Source: Candidatus Ozemobacteraceae bacterium
GTDB lineage: Bacteria > Muiribacteriota > Ozemobacteria > Ozemobacterales > Ozemobacteraceae
Assembly (NCBI GenBank): GCA_017998915.1
Contig: JAGOCE010000001.1
Span: forward strand, 1-45,965
DNA: 45,965 nt
Reading direction: 5' to 3'
A program made the translations under genes and the position numbers. Positions within the stretch are counted from its first letter, which is position 1; every line of letters begins with the position of its first letter. Positions 1-7,833 of this stretch are shown piece after piece. The notes beneath the pieces were generated by a model. The model was not told where the DNA came from, made no database searches, and saw only the letters and a list, made by a program, of their open reading frames with translations.

Positions 1-463
1 AGCTGGAACCGTTATCGATGCTGACGATGATGTTCGGAGCCTCGGTGTTGATCGAGATGGTGCGGTTGCCCGTGCCAGGTTTGGCGACTGCGTTCGGAAC
101 CGAGGTTTCGATGACGGAGACGGTGAAGTCTTTGTCGCCGGGCCCGAGAGCGGCGCCGGAGGTGACGAACTGAGCGTTCTTTTCGGAGGTGTTGACGGTG
201 CCGATCGCGCTCCCTCCGGTCATGAAGGTGGCGCCGAACGGTGGCGTGTCACCCTGCGCCCAGGCGGCCTTCAGGGTAACCTTGGCGCCGCCGTTGAAAA
301 TCATCCCTGAGGAATACGCGGGTTCCGTATCCACCGTCAGAGTCACTTCCCCGATATCGGCAAACAGCGTGCCGACGCCGGCGAGGAGAAGCAGGATGAC
401 CGCGACGAGCCTGCTTCCCTTCAGGATGGGAGTTGAATAGGTGGACGTTGTTGTTTGCCTCAT
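1..463 (-). CDS. secreted hypothetical protein, N-terminal part only (gene runs off the left edge)
   Basis: Absent from the ORF track because it has no stop in the window. Reverse-strand ATG at 463-461 with AGGAGA 5 nt upstream. Translation MRQTTTSTYSTPILKGSRLVAVILLLLAGVGTLFADIGEVTLTVDTEP... has a hydrophobic signal/anchor segment, and the frame stays open to position 1. Confidence 0.6.
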   Translation of the reverse strand, partial: MRQTTTSTYSTPILKGSRLVAVILLLLAGVGTLFADIGEVTLTVDTEPAYSSGMIFNGGAKVTLKAAWAQGDTPPFGATFMTGGSAIGTVNTSEKNAQFVTSGAALGPGDKDFTVSVIETSVPNAVAKPGTGNRTISINTEAPNIIVSIDNGSS

Positions 464-544
464 ACGTATCTCCTGTCGTTCTGGAACGTGGCACCGTGAA
501 CACAGAATTTCTCCCTAGTGATTTCGGCAGAAAGTGCACCAAAC

Positions 545-573
545 TTGACAGGGTATAGGCGATCTGTCAGAAT
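545..573 (+). promoter_or_regulatory. candidate sigma-70 promoter for the lipoprotein protease gene
   Basis: TTGACA (545-550), 17-nt spacer, CAGAAT (568-573), in the divergent intergenic region between the partial gene and the protease gene. The -10 element is weak. Confidence 0.3.
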
Positions 574-634
574 TCTTTCAACTTTCTACACTATGCACAC
601 AGCCTCCCCTATGGGAGGTGGAGGGAATTTGGAC

Positions 635-3328
635 GTGCCCCGGAAACGAATCACGGTGCTCTCTCGTCTTTTCCCTCTTCTTTTTTGTGCACTGATTTGT
701 TTCACCGGCTGTGGTGGAGTGAACTCTTCCGGGGATGAATCCGGCGGAAAACCGCTTTATATCACTGATCTCGATTCCGGTGGCATCTCGGGGGCGGTGA
801 CGTCGAGTGCCTCGATCGCTATCGACCAGGCGATCGTCGAAGCCGGAAACGTTCAGGCGATCACAGCCAGCAACGGGGCGTTCCTGATGCTGAACCTTGC
901 AGCCGGGGACTACCGGGTGACTGCGCGTGCACAGGGTTACACCCCTTCTTACAGGGAAAACATCCGGGTGCGTTCCGGCATGATCACCGAAGGGGTTGAT
1001 TTCACCATGACCGATGCGACGGCGACGGCGACGCACGACTTCGAGGTAGTGTCTCTGTCTCCGGCCTTCGGAACCGACGGCGACAGAATCTCCGTCGTTG
1101 CACGCGGTATAGGCACGATCCGGGGAAAAGTCACGGTCGCCGGAAAGGAAGTGTCCATTCTCGACTGGAACACCGGGAATAATGGTGTGATCGCCGTTCA
1201 GTTGCCGGACGAGGTCGAAACGGGCGAGGTCAGGGTCATTATCGATGGCGAGACGTCCCACGAGGTGTCTCCCGTCATTTTCACGGCAAAACCCGTTGCA
1301 CGGGAAGTGGTGCCCGCGTCTTCCAAACCGAATGGTATCGTCACCCTGTATGGGCGCAACTTCCATCTCGTCGGTTCTTCGAACAGAGTACGTCTGAACG
1401 GCCTAGAATGCACGGTTCTCGGGTATACGGCCGCCGGCCGGGATCTCCGGATCCAGCTTCCGGCGAAGGCGGAGACGGGAATCCTCGACGTGGCGATCAA
1501 CAGCCCCGAGTTTCAACTCGACGGCATATCAAGCGTCACGATCACCATACAGCCCGAACTCGTGCACCTGAGTCCCCGCCGTTCCGTGCCCGGAAAGACC
1601 CTGACATTGTATGGCTCGAATTTCGTGCCTGACAGCTCAGTCACGAAGGTGAAAGTGGGGGATTCCAAGACCGTCCAGGGGAACGAGATCCTTTCCATCT
1701 CGAAAACGAAAATCACCTTCAAGGCGCCCGAGGTGAACGTCGTGCCTTCCGGACAGACGGTTCCGATCAGGGTCGAGGTGAACGGATACACCACGAATTC
1801 GATCGACTGGACGTCGTATGATCCTACACTCACAACTCTTCCGGTAGGGGAGTATGGAGTGTATGACTTTTTCAATTCCCCGGTTGCGAATAATGGAACA
1901 CTTCATCTTCCGTCGCTCGAGCCCGGGGAAAAGCTTGCCTTCATATCGGTTACTGGCGGGACATCCGCCGAGACACTTGATGGAATGTATGCCTGGACGT
2001 TCACGGGCGTCATGGGCGGCTTGACGACTGATATTCCCGAACTTCCGGCGTCGCGACGCCCCGCGGGAAGCGTGTTCGGGTCGATTACCACGAGCCGATT
2101 CAGAGATGTCGGGCCGATGCTCAGATCCTGGTGCCGGAAAGCGTCCGTCCGGTCCTCGCGTCGAACGATCCGACCCAGCGTTTTTGACGACGCGCCCATG
2201 ACGGCAAACTTCTGGATGGTCGATTTCACGAGTTCCGCTCCCGAGAACTCCGCGAACGACGTTCTCGCGACGGGCACGCTCGCCGCCACGGGAACTCACT
2301 GCCTCGTCTATCTCGATGCCTCCGGGTCGGCGCTGGTCGCCTCTGATGCGGAAAACATCGCGGCCTGGTTCGACGCCATCCGGCCCACGCTCGCCACCGC
2401 CTGCTGGGATGGCGTGAACGCGCATCAGCAATACCCGGAGGGGAATATCGACGGCCAGCCCCGCGTCATCCTCTTCCTCACTCCGCAGATCAACCAGGGC
2501 ATGGCTGCCGGGATCTTCACGTTGGGATACTTCCATCCGCGCGACAAGAGCCCCGCATTGCCCCATTCCGCAGGAACGGAAGTCATCTACCTGTGGGACC
2601 AGTGGATGAAAATCAATCCCGACGATTTCAAGGGCGTCCTGGCGCATGAATACCAGCACATGATGTATCACAACCAGAAAGGGGCTCGGGGCGTCGATTG
2701 GCTCAACGAAGGCCTCTCGGTCTGGGCCCAACAGATCACGGGATACGGATTCACCCAGAAGATGCCGACGCCGGTCAGCCAGGTCGCGACGTATCTGAAC
2801 GGCCCGAACGCTGCTTCCCTGAACCACTGGCCGGACGGGGACAGCATCGCGAATTACGGTCTCTCCTACCTGTTCGTGCAGTATCTCTATGAGCGCTGCG
2901 GCGGGTATGCCGCCATCAGGGTGCTTGAATACGACAACCAGCAGAGCGGGTTCACCGACATCGCCACCTCGCTGCTGAACAATGCGGTTCCCGTGACGAC
3001 AGGCGTGGAAGGCTTCTTCAGCGAGTTCGCGCTTGCGATGTACTGCGACGAACTGGGCCTTTCGGCTTCATTGCCCGGCTTCTCCGCCGAGGCGCATCGT
3101 TTCAGGGACCTCTCACTCCGCGGCTGGGTCTCCGAGGTGAACGGCCTGAAACACCTCTCCTATGCGGAGTCGCCAATCAACGCCGCCGCCCTCACGATGC
3201 CCGGTTTCGCCGCCGACGTGGTCGAATACGATGGCGCCACCTCCAACGGGGGCGACCTCGAACTCACCGTGACGGCACCAGCCGAGGTTCCAAATTATAA
3301 ATTATTTGTTATATATTATAAACCGTAG
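635..3328 (+). CDS. lipoprotein zinc metalloprotease (gluzincin type) with carboxypeptidase-regulatory-like and three IPT/TIG-like domains
   Basis: ORF 518..3328. I prefer the GTG at 635, preceded by GGAGGTGGAGGG (614-626), which gives the signal peptide (M)PRKRITVLSRLFPLLFCALICFTGC with a lipobox Cys. Alternative ATG starts are at 593 and 611. HEYQH lies at 2645-2659, followed 16 residues later by WLNEGLS (a third zinc ligand Glu as in MA-clan gluzincins). The repeated motif xVxLxGxNF is typical of IPT/TIG. Confidence 0.85.
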   Translation: MPRKRITVLSRLFPLLFCALICFTGCGGVNSSGDESGGKPLYITDLDSGGISGAVTSSASIAIDQAIVEAGNVQAITASNGAFLMLNLAAGDYRVTARAQGYTPSYRENIRVRSGMITEGVDFTMTDATATATHDFEVVSLSPAFGTDGDRISVVARGIGTIRGKVTVAGKEVSILDWNTGNNGVIAVQLPDEVETGEVRVIIDGETSHEVSPVIFTAKPVAREVVPASSKPNGIVTLYGRNFHLVGSSNRVRLNGLECTVLGYTAAGRDLRIQLPAKAETGILDVAINSPEFQLDGISSVTITIQPELVHLSPRRSVPGKTLTLYGSNFVPDSSVTKVKVGDSKTVQGNEILSISKTKITFKAPEVNVVPSGQTVPIRVEVNGYTTNSIDWTSYDPTLTTLPVGEYGVYDFFNSPVANNGTLHLPSLEPGEKLAFISVTGGTSAETLDGMYAWTFTGVMGGLTTDIPELPASRRPAGSVFGSITTSRFRDVGPMLRSWCRKASVRSSRRTIRPSVFDDAPMTANFWMVDFTSSAPENSANDVLATGTLAATGTHCLVYLDASGSALVASDAENIAAWFDAIRPTLATACWDGVNAHQQYPEGNIDGQPRVILFLTPQINQGMAAGIFTLGYFHPRDKSPALPHSAGTEVIYLWDQWMKINPDDFKGVLAHEYQHMMYHNQKGARGVDWLNEGLSVWAQQITGYGFTQKMPTPVSQVATYLNGPNAASLNHWPDGDSIANYGLSYLFVQYLYERCGGYAAIRVLEYDNQQSGFTDIATSLLNNAVPVTTGVEGFFSEFALAMYCDELGLSASLPGFSAEAHRFRDLSLRGWVSEVNGLKHLSYAESPINAAALTMPGFAADVVEYDGATSNGGDLELTVTAPAEVPNYKLFVIYYKP
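3287..3322 (+). other. AT-rich synonymous-codon patch (last 12 sense codons but one of the protease gene)
   Basis: GTT CCA AAT TAT AAA TTA TTT GTT ATA TAT TAT AAA: 12 consecutive A/T-ending codons in a gene otherwise dominated by G/C-ending codons. Confidence 0.8.
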
Positions 3329-3351
3329 GCGCGCACTGCCGTGCGCGCCTA
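3326..3351. terminator. perfect 11-bp GC-rich hairpin between convergent genes (bidirectional terminator candidate)
   Basis: TAGGCGCGCAC-tgcc-GTGCGCGCCTA. The left arm starts at the TAG stop of the protease gene, and the hairpin sits 12 nt from the stop of the convergent response regulator gene. There is no clear T-run. Confidence 0.45.
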
Positions 3352-3362
3352 CGCGATGGGAA

Positions 3363-4757
3363 TCATGAGAGGCCGTAATTCTTTATCTTGTATTGGAGCG
3401 TGCCGCGTTTGATACCGAGACGTTGGGCTGCCTGCGACTGATTGCCCTCGGTGGCCCGCAGGATGCGGGAGATCATTTCCTTCTCGATGTCGGCGACGAT
3501 TTCGTCGAGCGTGCGGCCTTTTTCTATTTCTGTTGCTATCCAATCGAGGCCGGATGTCGTCGATTCCGGCTCGAAGCCGAGCCTGACTTCCTCGGGGAGG
3601 TTCTCGAGCTCGATCTGGTCTCCCTTGGCGAAAACGGCGGCGCCCTCGATGATATTCGCGAGCTGGCGAACGTTTCCGGGCCATTTGAAATTCTTCAGGG
3701 CCGTCATGGCGCGCGGGGCGACGCCTTTCAGGGCGCGGCCCAGCTTCTGGGCGGCGATGCCGACGAAGTGCTCGACCATCAGGGTGATGTCATCCGGCCG
3801 CTCTCGCAGCGGGCTGAGCGCGATGTTGACGACGCTAATGCGGTAGAACAGGTCTTCCCGGAACTGGCCCTGGGCGATCATGGCCTTGAGATCCTTGTGG
3901 GTGGCCGCGATCAGCCGCACATCGACCTTGATGCGGTCGTTGCCGCCGAGCCGCTCGATCTCACGCTCCTGGATGACACGCAGCACCTTCGCCTGGGTGT
4001 TGAGCGACATGTCGCCGATCTCGTCGAGGAAGATCGTGCCGCCGCTCGCCACTTCGAACTTGCCGCGTTTGCGGCCCGCGGCGCCGGTGAACGCCCCCTT
4101 CTCGTAACCGAATAGCTCGCTCTCGATCAGGTTTTCCGGCAGGGCGGCGCAGTTGAGTTTGACGAACGGGCCGCTGGCGCGGAGGCTCTGTCGCTGGATC
4201 GCCTCGGCGACGAGCTCCTTGCCGGTGCCCGACTCGCCCTGGATGAGCACGGTGATGTCGCTTTTCGCGACCTGCTCGATGCGCTCTTTGACCTGCTTCG
4301 TCTGCTCGGAAACACCGATGATGCGGTCAGATTCAGTCTCGGTGAGGAAGCGCTCCTCGAGGTTCTTCTTCTGCCAGGCGAGGGTGAACCGCTCGCAGGC
4401 CTTTGCGACGACGACGCGCATCTCGTCGATGTCGAACGGCTTGGAAAAATAATCGTATGCGCCTTCCTTCATCGCTTCGATGGCGAGCTTCTCGCTGCCG
4501 AACGCCGTCATGAGGATGAACACGACTTCCGGGTCGACCTGCTTGACCCTCTTGAGGAGGTCGACGCCCGTCATCCCGGGCATGTTGAAGTCGGAGATGA
4601 TCACCTGGAAGGTGCCCGGCTCGATCAGTTTCAAGGCGTCCTGTGGGCTTTCGGAGGTGCGCACCGTGTAGCCTTCCTTGGTCAGTGCCGCCTTGAGACT
4701 GAAGAGAATCGATTTCTCGTCATCCACGATCAGGATGCTGTTCGATTGAAATGCCAT
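3363..4757 (-). CDS. sigma-54-dependent two-component response regulator (NtrC/AtoC family)
   Basis: Receiver domain (ILIVDDE..., DFNMPGMTG), AAA+ sigma-54 activator core (GESGTGKELVAEAI, GAFTGA, DEIGDM) and a C-terminal Fis-type HTH (AAQRLGIKRGTLQYKIKNYGL). Confidence 0.92.
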   Translation of the reverse strand: MAFQSNSILIVDDEKSILFSLKAALTKEGYTVRTSESPQDALKLIEPGTFQVIISDFNMPGMTGVDLLKRVKQVDPEVVFILMTAFGSEKLAIEAMKEGAYDYFSKPFDIDEMRVVVAKACERFTLAWQKKNLEERFLTETESDRIIGVSEQTKQVKERIEQVAKSDITVLIQGESGTGKELVAEAIQRQSLRASGPFVKLNCAALPENLIESELFGYEKGAFTGAAGRKRGKFEVASGGTIFLDEIGDMSLNTQAKVLRVIQEREIERLGGNDRIKVDVRLIAATHKDLKAMIAQGQFREDLFYRISVVNIALSPLRERPDDITLMVEHFVGIAAQKLGRALKGVAPRAMTALKNFKWPGNVRQLANIIEGAAVFAKGDQIELENLPEEVRLGFEPESTTSGLDWIATEIEKGRTLDEIVADIEKEMISRILRATEGNQSQAAQRLGIKRGTLQYKIKNYGLS

Positions 4758-4759
4758 GG

Positions 4760-6901
4760 TTACGCTTCCTTCCTTTCCTGCGGGAGATAGATGGTGAAGG
4801 TGGTCCCCGCGGCGGCCCCTCCGGTCGCCTGACGGCTCTCGACCTCGATCCTGCCGCCGTGGAGGTCGATGATCTTCTTGACGATTGCAAGCCCGAGGCC
4901 GGTTCCGCGCTGCTTCGTCGTGAAGAACGGTTCGAAGACGCGGGCGGCGACCTCGACCGGCATGCCGGTTCCGGTGTCGGCGACCCGGATGACGGACCAG
5001 GGGCTGCTTGCGACATGATTCGCCGATATCGTCACGGTTCCCCCGTCCGGCATGGCCTGGATGCCGTTGAAAATCAAGTTCAACAATACCTGTTTGATCT
5101 TTTCCGAGTCAACGAGGATCTCCAGATCAGGGGGATACTCGGCCGACAGCCCGACGCGATGGCGCCCCGCCTCGTGATCGACGAGGGCGAGGACGTGGGT
5201 GATGAGTTCGGCAAACCTGATGCGGCGCATCTGCGACTTTTCTGGACGGGCGTAGGTAAGCAGTTTCTCTACCACGCCATTGAGCCGGTTCACCTCCGAG
5301 ACGATCACGTCGATATATTCGCGACGGCCATCACCGGTAGGCGTTTCCTCTTGAAGGAGCTGGCCGAGGGTCTTGATCGATGCGAGCGGGTTCTTGATCT
5401 CGTGGGCGACGCTCGCGGCAAGCTGGCCGATCGAGCTCAGCTTATCCGCGTGGTACAACTGCTGCTCGATGATGCGTCGCTGGGTGATGTCGTCGAGGGT
5501 CATGACCATTCCGTAGGGTTTCTGATCGGCGTCACGAAGGAAGGTGAATCTGGTCTCCATCACCTTCACGCCGCCCCCGGCACCGAGGTCGAATTGAACG
5601 TCGAAGGGAGCGCCTTCCTCGCCATCGTCGAGAAGCTTTCGGGCCGCCTTGAGAAACGCACGCCGTGAATCTCGGTGGATGACCTGGAAAAGTTTCCGGA
5701 AGGGAAGGCCCGGCTCGGGGGTGCAGACGCCGGCGAGCTCCCTGAATGCGGCCCCATTCGCCGTTTCGACGCAGCCCTGGCGGTTGAAGGTGATGACGGA
5801 GGTGCTGAGACTCGCCAGGATATTCTGAATGTAGGTCTTCAGGGTTTCGAGCCGGTCGATCGTCTGCTGAATGTCTTCACGGCCTTTCAGGAGCGCGGCT
5901 CCCATTTCGTTGAACGAGAGGGCGAGGTCGCCCAGTTCGTCATGGCCTCGTTCCGAAAGGCGATAGGAAAGATCGCCATGGGAAAGCTGCCGGGCGCCGT
6001 CGCGCACCTGTCGGATGCGTGCCAGCAGCACCCGGTTTGTGAGAAAGACCGAAATGAGCATGACGACGGCGAGTGCCAGGATCGTGATCTTCAGCGTCTG
6101 GCTCCGCGCCTGGGAGACCAGTGCGAGCATGCCTTCCTGGGAGATGGTGCAGTAGATGCGGAATGGCTGCTTGTCGACGGTTTCGGCCAGCTCGACCTGG
6201 CCGACCGAATGCAGGACCCCGGCCATGCGGAGCGTGAATATGTGCGCTGGTCCATCGGCCTTCTGGGTGATCGCCTGGGTGAGGTCCTGACGGGCTCTTG
6301 CGGGGAGAGATGTCGCCATGACCGTGTCCTGGACGGCGATCGTGACGTCGGCGAGGAGATTGCGCGCCATCCGGCGGGCGCGGTTGTCATCGAGCTCACG
6401 GTGGAGGGAAAGAAAGCCGATGAACTCCTCGGTTTTGAACACTGGTACTATAGCTGATAATATAAGTTTGTCACCGATGCCTGACAACTCGATGCGCGAC
6501 AGGGTCATTCGGGGATTGGGAGCGGCGATTGCCGAACCTCGCACAGGCGCGGCGCGGGTCGAGAGGGTGAGGCCGGACTTCAGATGGAGGCGAAGTTCGT
6601 AATAGCCGGAATTGGCGAGAAGCCGGTTCATCTCCTTTTGGAGAAGGTTCGTGAGGCCATACACCGAGTAGTTCACGAGCTTGTCGGATTCGGAATACAG
6701 CGTTGCCATGCGCAGGACCTGGTTACGTTCGGATTCCCAGTAGGAACGGATTGACCGCAGAAGGGTCTCGACGCGTTCCTGGAAGATCTCCTCGGTTTTC
6801 TCGACGATGAGGCGGGTGGCACTCTCGTTGAAGATGAAACCAAGCGCGGCGATGCCGGCGAACAGCACCGACAGGATCTTGACTCGCAGGGAGAGATACA
6901 T
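4760..6901 (-). CDS. membrane sensor histidine kinase (periplasmic sensor, HAMP, PAS, HisKA, HATPase)
   Basis: N-terminal TM helix, second TM helix followed by a HAMP-like segment, H-box SVAHEIKNPLASI, and N/G boxes (LLNLIFNGIQAM, DTGTGM, GTGLGLAIV). The stop is 2 nt from the response regulator start. GGAG lies 5 nt upstream of the ATG. Confidence 0.9.
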   Translation of the reverse strand: MYLSLRVKILSVLFAGIAALGFIFNESATRLIVEKTEEIFQERVETLLRSIRSYWESERNQVLRMATLYSESDKLVNYSVYGLTNLLQKEMNRLLANSGYYELRLHLKSGLTLSTRAAPVRGSAIAAPNPRMTLSRIELSGIGDKLILSAIVPVFKTEEFIGFLSLHRELDDNRARRMARNLLADVTIAVQDTVMATSLPARARQDLTQAITQKADGPAHIFTLRMAGVLHSVGQVELAETVDKQPFRIYCTISQEGMLALVSQARSQTLKITILALAVVMLISVFLTNRVLLARIRQVRDGARQLSHGDLSYRLSERGHDELGDLALSFNEMGAALLKGREDIQQTIDRLETLKTYIQNILASLSTSVITFNRQGCVETANGAAFRELAGVCTPEPGLPFRKLFQVIHRDSRRAFLKAARKLLDDGEEGAPFDVQFDLGAGGGVKVMETRFTFLRDADQKPYGMVMTLDDITQRRIIEQQLYHADKLSSIGQLAASVAHEIKNPLASIKTLGQLLQEETPTGDGRREYIDVIVSEVNRLNGVVEKLLTYARPEKSQMRRIRFAELITHVLALVDHEAGRHRVGLSAEYPPDLEILVDSEKIKQVLLNLIFNGIQAMPDGGTVTISANHVASSPWSVIRVADTGTGMPVEVAARVFEPFFTTKQRGTGLGLAIVKKIIDLHGGRIEVESRQATGGAAAGTTFTIYLPQERKEA
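6443..6469 (-). other. AT-rich synonymous-codon patch inside the histidine kinase gene
   Basis: Coding strand reads AAA CTT ATA TTA TCA GCT ATA GTA CCA (KLILSAIVP): 9 consecutive A/T-ending codons. Confidence 0.8.
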
Positions 6902-6912
6902 GGCTGCTCCAG

Positions 6913-7833
6913 TCAGGGCTCGCCTTCGATGAGGCGGTTGAAGTAGCGCGATCCTTCGCGCTTCACCCAGAGGCGCTCTGAAGGAATGTCGCAGGGAAGG
7001 AAGACGGCATGTGCGATCTCCCTCGAGGGAACGAAGGGCACATCGCCGTGACCGGACCAGCGTGGATCGTCGCGATCAACCCAGAGCCTCAACCGGATGT
7101 GCGGGACGGCCGTCGGCCCATTGGGCCCGGGGAAGGGCGAGAACCGGATCGTGCCGGTGACCGCGGAGGCTGGCGAGGCGACGGCATCGCCGGGAACCCA
7201 AAGTGAGGTGAACACCGCGTCGCCAGCTTCGAACACTTCATGGGCCAGGCTCTCATCCGATTCAAGCGAGTACGGGTTGAGCCATTTTTTGTCGAGGGCT
7301 TTCTGAATCCGGTTGGGGGTGATGTCGACCGGGCCCGATCGCATGGCCTGGCGGAGCCGGAACAGCGTCAGCGGCGCTTCGAGGGATTCGAACCACGGGT
7401 AATGCTCGGGGTTGTGCAGCCGAAGCTTGTCGAGAAGGACGTCGAACTCCGGCAGGCTTGCCGGGGGCGCTGACGCGACGGGTGCCAGGAGGTCCATGCG
7501 CGTGCCGAGCATCCAGAAGACGTGGAGAGTGACCGGGGTGGGGCGCATGTTGGCCGCGACCGAGGCGAGATGTGTTCCTTCCTCGATCAGCAGTAATGGA
7601 ACGGAAGCCACATCGACGGGGCCCAGGTCGGTCGACATCGGGAACAGGTGGAGCGAGACCTCGTGTGCGAGCATCGTTCCGATGCGTTTTCTCAGCGAGT
7701 CGAGAACCCAGGACGGGAAATTCAGGCGGGAGGGCATCAGAATCTCGAGCGTGTCGCACAAGCCCATTCTTATAGGAAACAGCAGCAGGACGGCAAGAAG
7801 GAACATGCCTCGGAAGACAGGAAATGATCTCAT
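6913..7833 (-). CDS. secreted hypothetical protein
   Basis: 306-aa ORF with an N-terminal signal-like segment (FLLAVLLLFPIRMGLC). Its ATG overlaps the stop of the upstream gene as ATGA (7833-7830). Any resemblance to periplasmic solute-binding proteins is weak and cannot be verified here. Confidence 0.7.
   Translation of the reverse strand: MRSFPVFRGMFLLAVLLLFPIRMGLCDTLEILMPSRLNFPSWVLDSLRKRIGTMLAHEVSLHLFPMSTDLGPVDVASVPLLLIEEGTHLASVAANMRPTPVTLHVFWMLGTRMDLLAPVASAPPASLPEFDVLLDKLRLHNPEHYPWFESLEAPLTLFRLRQAMRSGPVDITPNRIQKALDKKWLNPYSLESDESLAHEVFEAGDAVFTSLWVPGDAVASPASAVTGTIRFSPFPGPNGPTAVPHIRLRLWVDRDDPRWSGHGDVPFVPSREIAHAVFLPCDIPSERLWVKREGSRYFNRLIEGEP

Noticed and set aside
489-503. TGGCAC-N5 element upstream of the protease gene, considered as a sigma-54 promoter for the NtrC-type regulator.
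   Set aside because: The -12 position reads ACAC instead of TTGC, so the GG-N10-GC spacing rule is not met. Other GGCAC occurrences (near 18490 and 28680, minus strand) also fail the strict spacing.
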